Assembly: GCA_964372275.1 (NCBI GenBank)
Contig: CAYJRR010000010.1
Location: 1-52,505 of the forward strand
DNA: 52,505 bases
Origin: an uncultured bacterium
GTDB lineage: Bacteria > CAYJRR01
Direction of reading: 5' to 3'
Positions 9,070-18,438 of the stretch are shown here, in pieces. The stretch's first letter is position 1; each line of letters starts with the position of its first letter. A model generated the notes under the pieces. It saw only the letters and a program-made list of their open reading frames with translations. It ran no database searches and had not been told where the DNA came from. The position numbers and the translations under genes are program-made.

Positions 9070-10899
9070 TCACGCCGCGCGAGTGCGCCTCCTCGAGATC
9101 CAGATCGCCGGGACGACGGCCAACAGCGCCAGCCCCGGAACACCGCGATGCCCGCCGACGGCGCATCCCTCTCCCGTTCCGCCGCCGACGCCGCAACCGC
9201 CGGTGCCGCCCGCCTCGCAGCCGCCGGCCGCGGCCCCGAACGCGGTGTAGAAACCGAGGGTGTCGTTGGGGACGCCGCCGGCCCCCTGGATGGCGACGAA
9301 CTCCGGATCGAGCAGCGCCACCCCGCCCAGATTCGACAGGTCGATCGGCGCGAGCCCCTCGGAGAGCTGCGGCAGGAGCTGCCCCATCATCACCGGCAGG
9401 AAACCGAGGAGGGTGTCGGCCTCCGAGCCGAGCGGCTCGCCGTACGCCACCTCGCCGGCGACGTCCTCCTCCCCCAGCTCCATCGCCACGGTGAGCTGCG
9501 ACGCCTCGTCGACGACCAGGTTCACGCCGGCGTCGATCGACAGGTCGAGCGCGACCAGCCGCGCCATCCGCTCCTGCACCTCGGCGAAGATCGAGACCTC
9601 GAGCCGCCGCACCGCCACGTCGATCAGGTGCTCCCCGCCGAACGCCGCTTCGGGCGATTCGTAGCCCTTGATCACGATCAGCATCGGCGCGCCGTCTTCG
9701 ACGCCGAGCTTCCAGAGGGGGCCGCTGAGTCCCGCCAGCGCCAGGAGGTCGGTCGACAGCGGCGATCCACCGACTTCGCTCACCTCCTGGCAGAGCATCC
9801 CGGCGTACCACGCGGAGAAGAGGGCCTGGTTGACGAAGTCGTCGGCGATCGCCGCCGCGAGATGAAACTCGTTTCCGCCGGGGGAGGTGAGACCGAAGTA
9901 CGGGGGCTCCCCCGGTGTGAAGCGGCTGCCGGCGTCCGGGGCGATCGGCACGCAGGTCGTCTTCTCCTCGGGGGCCATCATCGACGACATCGACAGCGCC
10001 ATCCCTTCGGGCTCGATGTCGAGGGCCGAGGGGACGATCTTCACGTGCATCGACGACGCGCCGACCGCGACGACGTCGTCGTAGCGCAGACTCGCGAACG
10101 CCTCCTCGATCGCCGGGAGGACCTCCTCGTTCACCTTGGCGATGATCTGGTCCTTCACCTGGTCGACGATCAGCCCTTTCACCGCCGCGATGATCAGGTC
10201 GATCGAGGTGCAGCCGGCGGCGTCGAGGCCCTGCAAGGTGAGCGAGATGTCGTCGCGGTCGAGCGGGGTGGTTGCGTGAAGCGTCGGCTCGCCGGTCTCG
10301 GGATCGGTGACGAGCGACAGGTAGAGCTGCGTCGTGACGGCGAACGGCGTCGGCTCGAGGCGCAGCACCGCCCACTTGCCGTTGGGCTGGTTGCAGGAGG
10401 TGCCGCAACCCCAGTATTCGACCCGCGAGACGCAACGGACCTGCTCGCTCCCGCCGCCGGTGACGTCGGTCCCGGTGCCGACGATGGTGGCGCTGATCGA
10501 GAGATCGAAGTAGCCGTCGTTGGGGGAGACGGTGGCGCTGGTGACGTCGACGTGCACCCCGTTCGACGGGTCGCCCTGGTAGACGGCATAGTTCAGGGTG
10601 CTGAAGAAGCAGCTCTCGGTTCCCGACATGTCGGGCATCGCGATCTGCGCGGGGAGCATCGACATCGCCTGGTCGACGACGAAGTCGAGTCCGCTCGGCG
10701 TGACGTCGACGGTGAGCGCCTTGGCGACCGTCCCCCCGGGGGGCAGCGTCTCGGCGGAGGCCGTCGGCGTGGCCAGCGCCGCGAAGGCCAGCACCGCCAG
10801 CGGGCGGACGTCGGCCCCTCTCCGGGGCGCATTGACCGTTCTGTCAATTTTCGTCGAGCGGAGGCTGGCGCGCGGATCCGATCCGAACGGTGCGGTCAC
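9070..10899 (-). CDS. Secreted BPI/LBP-like (TULIP) protein with MYXO-CTERM-type anchor, paralog 2
   Basis: GGGAGG RBS plus GTG, signal-like segment ending ASA|ETLPPG. Contains VDVTPSGLDFV and AAIADDFVNQALFSAWYAG. C-terminus is GC-containing Gly-rich linker, hydrophobic helix, RRR. Confidence 0.75.
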   Translation of the reverse strand: MTAPFGSDPRASLRSTKIDRTVNAPRRGADVRPLAVLAFAALATPTASAETLPPGGTVAKALTVDVTPSGLDFVVDQAMSMLPAQIAMPDMSGTESCFFSTLNYAVYQGDPSNGVHVDVTSATVSPNDGYFDLSISATIVGTGTDVTGGGSEQVRCVSRVEYWGCGTSCNQPNGKWAVLRLEPTPFAVTTQLYLSLVTDPETGEPTLHATTPLDRDDISLTLQGLDAAGCTSIDLIIAAVKGLIVDQVKDQIIAKVNEEVLPAIEEAFASLRYDDVVAVGASSMHVKIVPSALDIEPEGMALSMSSMMAPEEKTTCVPIAPDAGSRFTPGEPPYFGLTSPGGNEFHLAAAIADDFVNQALFSAWYAGMLCQEVSEVGGSPLSTDLLALAGLSGPLWKLGVEDGAPMLIVIKGYESPEAAFGGEHLIDVAVRRLEVSIFAEVQERMARLVALDLSIDAGVNLVVDEASQLTVAMELGEEDVAGEVAYGEPLGSEADTLLGFLPVMMGQLLPQLSEGLAPIDLSNLGGVALLDPEFVAIQGAGGVPNDTLGFYTAFGAAAGGCEAGGTGGCGVGGGTGEGCAVGGHRGVPGLALLAVVPAIWISRRRTRAA

Positions 10900-12660
10900 T
10901 TACGTCCCTCCCGAAAAAAGGGAGAGCGTTATACCCGACTTCACCGTCCGCGGCGAGCGGTTCCTGCGGTCGGCCTGTCGCCGCTGAACGGCCACCCAGG
11001 CGGCCGCGCCGCACAGGAGCACGGGGGAGACGAGGAACGGTGCCGCGCCGTCCGCGCGCCGGCCGAGGCGGCTGCGCCGTTCGAGGCGGCACCCCATCCC
11101 GCCGTCGGCCCCGCACCCGCCCCCCAGGTCGGCGCCGCAGCCGGCGGCCTGGAGCTGTCCGCCCAACCCGGTGTACGCCGAAAGGAAATCGCCTTGGGGC
11201 CCATCGGGGGTGAACTCGCCGTAGGTCAGCTCGATCCCGTTCATCGACGGCAGGTCGATCGGCGGCAAGTCCCCGAGGAGACTCGGGACCAGCTGCTGCA
11301 CCAGCACCGGCAGGATCGCCAGGATCGCCTCGTTCGCGTCCGGGGCGAGCTCGTTGTAGCCGATCTCCGACTCGACCTGGGTGGCGTCGAAGTTGAGCGT
11401 CGTCACCAGCTGGTTGTCGGCGTTGATCCCGATCGAGAAGCCGGCGGTGGCGGAGGTCTTCAGGCGCATCAGGCGTGCCAGGCGCTCCTCGACGTCGGCG
11501 AACAGGTCGATGCGCAGGTTGGCGAGCGACACGGTCGCCAGCGTCCCCCCCTGTCCGCCGATCGTCATCAAGGGCGGATCGGCGGCGTCGATGCGGATCG
11601 CCATCGGCCCCTGCGGCGTGACGATCCGGGTGATCCCGCCACCCAGCGGCTCGAGCAGGTCGGTCGTCAGGAGGTGGTCGCCGACGCGGTCGATCGTGCG
11701 GCAGAGGAGGCCGCCACGCCATGCGGAGAAGAGGAGCTGGTTGAGCAGGTCGTCGGAGACCGAGGCGGCGATCTCGTAGGGGGCCCCTGCCGGAGAGAAG
11801 TCGCCGTAGACCGGAAGCGCGCCGGCGGTGTAGGCGCTGCCACGGTCCGGATCGACGCAGGGGGCGATGCCGGCACTCGTGAACGTCCCGCCCATCACCA
11901 GGCCGATCGTTCCCGGATGGATCTCGAGCGCCGTCGGGTAGAAGTCGTACTGCACCTCGGTTCCGGCGAGCTCCATCGATCCGGCAAGGTTCAGGGCGCC
12001 GAACGCCTCCTCGATCAGCGGCTCCAGGAGCGGCGTCACCTGGTCGTCGATGGCGCCGACGATCGCGTCCTCGACGGCGTCGTGGAACAGGGAGAAGACG
12101 AACTCGAACACCCCGCCCAGGAAGCACTCGGTGATCTGGGGATCGGCGAGCGACATCGCGATGTCGAAGAGCGGCACCGTGGCGTCGACCTTCGGGCGCC
12201 CGGTCTGCGGATCGTTCACCAGCGCCAGCTCGACCAGGGTGTCGGCGACGACGGGCGACGGAGGCAGGGTGACCTGGCAGCCGTTGTTGAACAGGCACCC
12301 GTTCGTCTCGAAGCGGGCCGAGGCCGAGACGAGCATCTCCAGGTGGAGGCGGATCCGTCCCTCGAGCGGCTCGAACGACGCCTTGGTCACGTCGAGGTAG
12401 ACGACGGCGTTCTTCAGGTACCACTTGTTGGTGCTGAACAGGCAGGAGAAGAGGGTCCCCTGCTGGTTGGGGATCGCCACCTGCGGCGGCACCACGTTCG
12501 GGATCTGCGCTTCGAGGAACTGTACCCCGCGCGGCGTGATGTGGGCGGCGAATCCGTCCGCCACCTCGGCCCCGGGTGGAAGCTCCGCGGACTCGCCGCG
12601 GCCCGCGAGCAGGCACCCGACGATCGCGACGACGATGGCGACCCCTCTGACGATTCGCAT
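10900..12660 (-). CDS. Secreted BPI/LBP-like (TULIP) protein with MYXO-CTERM-type anchor, paralog 1
   Basis: Signal peptide. Contains AHITPRGVQFL, ASVSDDLLNQLLFSAWRGG and GDFLSAYTGL. C-terminus GCG..GCG..GC, hydrophobic helix, basic residues. Confidence 0.75.
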   Translation of the reverse strand: MRIVRGVAIVVAIVGCLLAGRGESAELPPGAEVADGFAAHITPRGVQFLEAQIPNVVPPQVAIPNQQGTLFSCLFSTNKWYLKNAVVYLDVTKASFEPLEGRIRLHLEMLVSASARFETNGCLFNNGCQVTLPPSPVVADTLVELALVNDPQTGRPKVDATVPLFDIAMSLADPQITECFLGGVFEFVFSLFHDAVEDAIVGAIDDQVTPLLEPLIEEAFGALNLAGSMELAGTEVQYDFYPTALEIHPGTIGLVMGGTFTSAGIAPCVDPDRGSAYTAGALPVYGDFSPAGAPYEIAASVSDDLLNQLLFSAWRGGLLCRTIDRVGDHLLTTDLLEPLGGGITRIVTPQGPMAIRIDAADPPLMTIGGQGGTLATVSLANLRIDLFADVEERLARLMRLKTSATAGFSIGINADNQLVTTLNFDATQVESEIGYNELAPDANEAILAILPVLVQQLVPSLLGDLPPIDLPSMNGIELTYGEFTPDGPQGDFLSAYTGLGGQLQAAGCGADLGGGCGADGGMGCRLERRSRLGRRADGAAPFLVSPVLLCGAAAWVAVQRRQADRRNRSPRTVKSGITLSLFSGGT

Positions 12661-12932
12661 CCCCGCCTCCCTACGTTCGGCGGATCGATTCTTGCTGCCT
12701 CACCGGTAGGAGGGGGGAAAGGCTGCAGGTTCCAAGCCACCCCCTCTCGTCCGACATCCTTCCGAATCGCGGGGGTTTGCATGGGAATCGACAGGATGTG
12801 CTGGCAAGTCGCTGTGCCACGGTGGCGCGTGCGCTGGGGCTTCGCGACGCCGGACCGGACGGTCACGATCGGCGTCGACAGCGGCCCCGGCCGTGGGGTA
12901 GGTAGTGGGGTCGGAACGGTGGAGGAGGCGGA

Positions 12933-14057
12933 ATGATCATCCGGAGAGGTCTCGCGGCGATCGTGGTGTCGGGGCTGTTGGGCGCGTGCGGCGCGAAGAC
13001 GAAGAACGCGGTCGACTCGGACGACGCCGGCGCGCACGCGTCGATGGTCCTCCTTGCCGACGGCCGGCTCGCCGTCTCCTACTACCACCGCTCGCACCGG
13101 ATCAGCGACACCCGGCACGAGACGGTCGGCGCGCTGCGATACGCGACGGGGAAGGTGACCTCCGGCGGCCGCGTCGACTGGAGCGGGGGGACACGGGTCG
13201 ACGGCGACGTGCGAGAGGGACAGCCGAACGTCGGCCAGTACACCTCGCTGGCGATCGGGCCCGACGGGCGGCCGCGGATCTCCTACTACGACAAAGCCAA
13301 CGGCGATCTCCGCTTCGCCGCGCAGAACGAGGACGGGAGCTGGACGACGGAGGTGGTCGACAGCCCCGGCGATGTCGGCCGGTGGTCGAGCCTGGTGCTC
13401 GAGAACGGCCTCCCCCGGATCGCCTACTACGATCTCGAGGCCGGGGACCTGAAGTTCGCGGCGAAGACCGGCTCGGCGGCGGACGCCCCGTGGAACAAGG
13501 TCGTCGTCGACGGCGCCGAGGCCGACGTCGGGAAGTACTGCGCGCTCGCGAGCGACGGGAGCGGCGGGCTTGCCATCGCCTACTACGACGTGACCCACGG
13601 CGACCTCAAATACGTCACCGGGAACGCGGGGAGCTTCGGGACGCCGTCGGTCGTCGACGCCGACGGCGATACCGGCCGCTGGCCGGCGCTTGCGTTCGAA
13701 GCGGGGCAGCCCCGGATCGCCTACCAGGACTACACCCGGCAGGATCTCCGATTCGCCAGGCGCGACGGCGGAGGCTCCTGGAACCTCGTCGCCGTCGACG
13801 AAGGGGAGTGGGTCGGCGCCGACTCGGCGATCGCCATCGGTCCGGACGGCGCGATCACGATCGCCTACTTCGACGGACTGAACAACAACCTGCTCGCGGC
13901 GCGGTACGACGGATCGTCCTGGTCGCGGGAGACGATCGAGGAGGCCGGCGCCAGCGGCTACTTCAACAACGTCGTCCTCGACGCCGACCACAATCCGATC
14001 TACGGCTGGTACACCTACACCGGGACCGAGTTCGAGGCCCGCAAGTCGTCGTCGTGA
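12933..14057 (+). CDS. Seven-bladed beta-propeller lipoprotein
   Basis: GGAGG RBS, lipobox LLGAC, seven repeats of the form VGxxxSLAxxxxGxxxIAYYD. Confidence 0.85.
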   Translation: MIIRRGLAAIVVSGLLGACGAKTKNAVDSDDAGAHASMVLLADGRLAVSYYHRSHRISDTRHETVGALRYATGKVTSGGRVDWSGGTRVDGDVREGQPNVGQYTSLAIGPDGRPRISYYDKANGDLRFAAQNEDGSWTTEVVDSPGDVGRWSSLVLENGLPRIAYYDLEAGDLKFAAKTGSAADAPWNKVVVDGAEADVGKYCALASDGSGGLAIAYYDVTHGDLKYVTGNAGSFGTPSVVDADGDTGRWPALAFEAGQPRIAYQDYTRQDLRFARRDGGGSWNLVAVDEGEWVGADSAIAIGPDGAITIAYFDGLNNNLLAARYDGSSWSRETIEEAGASGYFNNVVLDADHNPIYGWYTYTGTEFEARKSSS

Positions 14058-14755
14058 TCGCCTTCGTCGTTGCGCTGGCGGCGGCGCCTGCCGTCGCGAC
14101 CGGGGCCTCGGCCGCCCCTCTCCGCACGGCGGCCGACGCTCCGTGCCTGGCTCGGGAAGCGGAGGCGGGCGACGCGCAGGCCTGGATTGCGCTCGGCGCG
14201 ATCGAACAGATCCGCGGGGATCGCGACGGCTCGTTCGGCCGCTACCTGCGCGCCTATCAGCTCGGCGCCGATCCGGCGACGACGCCGTTCTCGATCACGC
14301 TGGTCGGCGACGTGCTGTGGGTGCAGACCGACCGCTGCCCGCTTCCGGTGCCGACGATCCCGCTCGCCTCGCTGCTGGCGAAGCCTTCGACCGCGCCGCC
14401 TCCGGACACCGCCTATCCGACCACGCTGCGGACGGTCCGCGCCGAGGGGAACGCGACGTTGCGCGTCTGGATCGACGCCGACGGGAAGGTCGCCCGCGCC
14501 GTCGTCGCCGACGCGTCGTCCGGCCCGCCGGGGCTCGTCCGTCGCCGGGTCCCCGGCGAGGAGTCGGCGGAGCGTCAGTTCGCACGGATCCAGTTCGCGC
14601 TCGCCTCCCTCGACGCCGTGCGCGTCCACCCCTTCGGAGGCGGCGTCGAACAGGTCTGGGAGGGCCGCCTCGCCTACCGCCCGCCGAACGACCTTCTGGA
14701 GAACCTCCCCGGACACGGCTTCGACTCGAGCGCCTTGCCCGTGTCGCGCCAATGA
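14054..14755 (+). CDS. Secreted protein with one TPR-like hairpin and a TonB C-terminal-like domain
   Basis: GTGA overlap with the upstream stop. Signal-like N-terminus, AQAWIALG...YLRAYQL, then a Pro-rich stretch and AYP...EGNATLRVWIDADGKV. Confidence 0.6.
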   Translation: MIAFVVALAAAPAVATGASAAPLRTAADAPCLAREAEAGDAQAWIALGAIEQIRGDRDGSFGRYLRAYQLGADPATTPFSITLVGDVLWVQTDRCPLPVPTIPLASLLAKPSTAPPPDTAYPTTLRTVRAEGNATLRVWIDADGKVARAVVADASSGPPGLVRRRVPGEESAERQFARIQFALASLDAVRVHPFGGGVEQVWEGRLAYRPPNDLLENLPGHGFDSSALPVSRQ

Positions 14756-14776
14756 GCCCGGCGGCGGTGGGTCGCG

Positions 14777-16840
14777 TCAGCGCACGCCGGAAAGGGTGCG
14801 GGCCTCTTCCATCCGGGCGAGCAGGTCGTCGGCGGGGACGAAGCCGGTGATCGTCAGCGGTTCGAGGATCGCCCCCTGCGGGGTGACGAAGGCGACCTTG
14901 GGAAGCCCCTTCACGTCGTAGCGGCGTTTGATCGCTTCGATCCGCGCCTTCTCCGCTTCCGGCGTGTCGAAACGGACGGTGGTGTCGACCTTCACCGGGA
15001 CGAAGTCGGCGGCGGCGGCGATCACGCGCGGATCGACGTAGGTCTCGTGGTCGAGCTCTTTGCAGGCCTGGCACCAGTCGGCGTAGAAGTCGATCAGCAT
15101 CGGCTTCGACTGGGCCGTGCTGCGGCGACGGCCTTCGGCCTCGTCGTCGATCCACGGCATCGCCTCGAGGCCCGCGACGGCCCGCCGGTCCGACGGGGCC
15201 GCGGACGAAGGCGGTACCGCGGTCGATCCGGTCGGGCCCCAGCCGGAAAGATGGAGGGCGGCGACGAAGAAGTAGAGCCCGGCGGCAAGGGCGAGAAGAC
15301 CCGCCGCCTGCGCCACCCGCGCGCCTCCTGCGTCGCCCGGCTCGTGCCGTCGCAGGGCGCCGAGCGCGACGCCGCCCAGGACGAGCGAGCCGCCCAGCGC
15401 GAGGCCGAACACCCACGGCGGGACGGCGAGCTGAAGGAAGTAGAGGGCCCCGCCGGCGAGCAGGAGTCCGAAGAACTGCTTCACCCGGACCATCCAGGTT
15501 CCGCTCTTCGGGAGCGTCGCGAGCAGGCCGGAGAAGGTCCCCAACGCGACGAACAGCACCCCCATGCCGAGGCTGAAGGAGGACATCAGCGACAGCCCGC
15601 CGATCGGTCCGACGGAGCCGCTGCTGATCGCCAGCAGGATCCCGAGCAGCACCGGCGCGGTGCAGGGCCCGGCGACGATCCCGGAAAAGAGTCCCGTGAC
15701 GAAGACGCCGCCGACGCCGCTTCCGCCCGGGCGTGAAAGGCGCGTCTGGATCGACGAGGGGAGCTCGATCGAAAAGGCACCGAACATCGACGCCGCAAGC
15801 AGCGCGAAGACCAGCGCGATCCCCAGCCGCACCCACGGCGACTGCAGGAGGAAGCCGAACTCGCGCGAGGTGAGCGCCGCGAACAGGCCGAGCGACGCGT
15901 AGACGAGGGTGATCCCGGCGACGTAGACGAGCGAGAGGGCGAAGCCCTTCCGGCGGCTCGTCGCCGACCGCGCGCCGATGACGGCGACGGTGATCGGGAT
16001 CATCGGATAGACGCAAGGGGTGAACGAGACGAAGAAACCGCCGGCGAAGGCGACGAGCAGCGCGAGGAGGAAGCGCGAGCGGATCAGCTCGGCCATGCGG
16101 GTGGAGTCTTGGAAGATGGAGGCGGGGCGGGGGGCCGCGGGGGCGATCGCGGCGGAGACCGAGGCCGGGTCCGCATCCGTGGCCGTAGCCATATCCGAAC
16201 CCGAGGCCGATCCCGCGGCCGTAGCCGAGGCCGATACCGATGCCGAATCCGTGGCCGAGCCGGGGACCGTGGCCGAACCGGATCCGCTCGCGGCACCCGG
16301 TCCCGAACCCGTCGGCGAACCCGCACCCGATCCCGAAACCGGTTTCTCGCGCGCCGGCGCGACCGCGACCGTCACCGCCACCGTTTCCGTTTTTGGAAAC
16401 AGGCACAGCGCGGGGATCCCCTTCGCCTTGTCCCCGTGGTTGCACGCCTGCGAGGTGACGTCGAGCCTCACCGTCTGCCGACCGGGCTTGGCGAAGGTGA
16501 TCGGGGCGACGAAGCGGTGGATCCCCGCCTCGTAGACCAGCATCTCCTTCCCCTCGATCTCGTCGATCTTCCGCTCCCCGGTGTCCGGGGGGACGACCGT
16601 CCCCAGCGACACGCCGGTCCGCTTCTCGTGGAGCGCGATCGAGGTGCGCTCGCCGTAGAAGTAGTGTGAGGGGAGGGCCTCGATCTCGACCGTCACCGGG
16701 GCGGGCGCGCCGACGGCGGCGGCGGACGGGGCGCTCGCCCGGACGCGGAAGCCGACAAACTCGCTCGGCTCCTCGGCGGCGGCCGTGGCGCCGACGACGA
16801 GGGCAAGCGCCACCGGCAGGAGCCGCCACGGCAGGAGCAT
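14777..16840 (-). CDS. dsbD: Thiol:disulfide interchange protein DsbD (alpha, membrane and thioredoxin domains)
   Basis: ATG 16840 with signal peptide. QAC...LCLFP (alpha), FTPCVYPMIP and GPCTAP (membrane domain), DFYADWCQAC (thioredoxin). Confidence 0.92.
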   Translation of the reverse strand: MLLPWRLLPVALALVVGATAAAEEPSEFVGFRVRASAPSAAAVGAPAPVTVEIEALPSHYFYGERTSIALHEKRTGVSLGTVVPPDTGERKIDEIEGKEMLVYEAGIHRFVAPITFAKPGRQTVRLDVTSQACNHGDKAKGIPALCLFPKTETVAVTVAVAPAREKPVSGSGAGSPTGSGPGAASGSGSATVPGSATDSASVSASATAAGSASGSDMATATDADPASVSAAIAPAAPRPASIFQDSTRMAELIRSRFLLALLVAFAGGFFVSFTPCVYPMIPITVAVIGARSATSRRKGFALSLVYVAGITLVYASLGLFAALTSREFGFLLQSPWVRLGIALVFALLAASMFGAFSIELPSSIQTRLSRPGGSGVGGVFVTGLFSGIVAGPCTAPVLLGILLAISSGSVGPIGGLSLMSSFSLGMGVLFVALGTFSGLLATLPKSGTWMVRVKQFFGLLLAGGALYFLQLAVPPWVFGLALGGSLVLGGVALGALRRHEPGDAGGARVAQAAGLLALAAGLYFFVAALHLSGWGPTGSTAVPPSSAAPSDRRAVAGLEAMPWIDDEAEGRRRSTAQSKPMLIDFYADWCQACKELDHETYVDPRVIAAAADFVPVKVDTTVRFDTPEAEKARIEAIKRRYDVKGLPKVAFVTPQGAILEPLTITGFVPADDLLARMEEARTLSGVR
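16158..16343 (-). repeat. Degenerate 6-bp tandem repeat (NNCGGN on the coding strand, about 30 units) in the dsbD linker
   Basis: CCG recurs every 6 nt on the + strand. Encodes SGSGAGSPTGSGPG...SASATAAGSASGS. Confidence 0.75.
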
Positions 16841-16972
16841 GCGACAGTTCTCCCACGAAAGCCGGCGGCGTCCAAGCGTGCGCCGGCTACCGGCACGGAT
16901 CCGCTCGGGTTTTCCTACGAAATCCGGTCCCTTCGAAGTATCGTGTGGGCACCTAACGACACGCCGACCTCG

Positions 16973-18415
16973 ATGGCCTTCGACGAGCTCCACGAATACT
17001 GCGGAGTCTTCGGCATCTTCGGTCATCCCGAAGCGGCCAACCTCGCCTACCTGGGTCTCTACGCGCTGCAGCATCGCGGGCAGGAGGCGGCGGGGATCGT
17101 CTCCACCGACGGGGAGGTGCTGCACCAACACCGGGCGATGGGGCTGGTGGCCGACATCTTCGACGAGGAGACGCTGCGCCGGCTTCCGGGGAACGCGGCG
17201 ATCGGGCACGTCCGCTATTCGACGGCGGGAACGAGCGTGCTGCGCAACAGCCAGCCGATCGTCGCCGAGTTCGCGCGCGGCGGGCTCGAGCGCGAATACG
17301 GCGCGGTGGCGATCGCGCACAACGGGAACCTCACCAACGCCGCGCGGCTGCGGCTGGAGCTGGAGTCGGCCGGCTCGATCTTCCAGACCACGGTCGACAG
17401 CGAGGTGATCCTCCATCTCCTGGCGCGCTCGCGCCAGTCGTCGCTCACGGCGAAGATCGCCGACAGCCTGCCTCGCCTGCAGGGGGCCTATTCGCTCGTC
17501 TTCCTGACCGAGAGCTCGCTGGTGGCGGTCCGCGATCCGCACGGGTTCCGTCCCCTGGTGCTGGGGGACCTCGACGGCCTGCCCGTCGTCGCCTCCGAGA
17601 CCTGTGCCCTCGACCTGATCCGCGCGCGTTTCGTGCGCGAGCTCGATCCGGGCGAGGTGCTGACGATCGACAAGGAGGGGATGCGCTCGGAGCGCCCGTT
17701 CCCTCCGGCTCCGAAACGCCCCTGCGTCTTCGAGCTGGTCTACTTCGCCCGGCCCGATTCGCGCGCCTTCGGGTCGAACGTCTACGCATCGCGCCGCGAG
17801 ATGGGGGCGGCGCTGGCGCGGCGCCACCCGGCCGAGGCGGACGTGGTGGTTCCGGTCCCCGACTCGGGCGTGCCGGCGGCGATCGGGTACTCGCGGGCGG
17901 CGGGGATCCCGTTCGAGCTGGGGCTGATCCGCAATCACTACGTCGGCCGCACCTTCATCGAGCCGCAACAGTCGATCCGCAACTTCGGCGTGAAGGTGAA
18001 GCTCAATCCGGTCGGACCGATTCTCGACGGCAAGCGGGTGGTGCTGATCGACGATTCGATCGTGCGCGGGACGACCAGCCGGAAGCTGGTGCGCACGCTG
18101 CGGGAGAACGGCGCGCGCGAGGTCCACATGCGCATCGCCGCGCCACCGACCACCCATCCCTGCTTCTACGGGATCGCCACGCCGACGCGTGAAGAGCTGA
18201 TCGCCGCGCGCATGAGCGTCGAGGAGATCCGCGATTGGCTCGGCGCCGATTCGCTGGGCTATCTCTCCGTCGAGGAGATGCTCCGCGCCGTGGCCGCCGC
18301 CTCGACGACGCCGTCGAGGGCGACGCTGCCCGACTTCTGCACGGCCTGCTTCACGGGGGAGTACGCCGTGCCGCCGACCGATCCGGCGGCCGCGGGGAGG
18401 ATGGGATCGTCGTAG
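16973..18415 (+). CDS. purF: Amidophosphoribosyltransferase
   Basis: HEYCGVFG, LQHRGQEAAG, GHVRYST, AHNGNL, VPDSG, DDSIVRGTTS and CTACFTG. Confidence 0.98.
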   Translation: MAFDELHEYCGVFGIFGHPEAANLAYLGLYALQHRGQEAAGIVSTDGEVLHQHRAMGLVADIFDEETLRRLPGNAAIGHVRYSTAGTSVLRNSQPIVAEFARGGLEREYGAVAIAHNGNLTNAARLRLELESAGSIFQTTVDSEVILHLLARSRQSSLTAKIADSLPRLQGAYSLVFLTESSLVAVRDPHGFRPLVLGDLDGLPVVASETCALDLIRARFVRELDPGEVLTIDKEGMRSERPFPPAPKRPCVFELVYFARPDSRAFGSNVYASRREMGAALARRHPAEADVVVPVPDSGVPAAIGYSRAAGIPFELGLIRNHYVGRTFIEPQQSIRNFGVKVKLNPVGPILDGKRVVLIDDSIVRGTTSRKLVRTLRENGAREVHMRIAAPPTTHPCFYGIATPTREELIAARMSVEEIRDWLGADSLGYLSVEEMLRAVAAASTTPSRATLPDFCTACFTGEYAVPPTDPAAAGRMGSS

Positions 18416-18438
18416 AGCGGACAGAGGTCGGGCGAGCG

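Noticed and set aside
10831-10848. ATTGAC-N6-GTCAAT palindrome
   Set aside because: It lies inside the predicted N-terminal coding region of the second BPI-like gene and occurs once. It could matter only if the true start is further downstream.
12800-12820. Sigma54-like TGGCAC...TTGC on the minus strand upstream of the BPI-like genes
   Set aside because: GG-to-GC spacing is 11 nt rather than the required 10. It is also a short TGGCA-N8-TGCCA inverted repeat, too weak to call alone.
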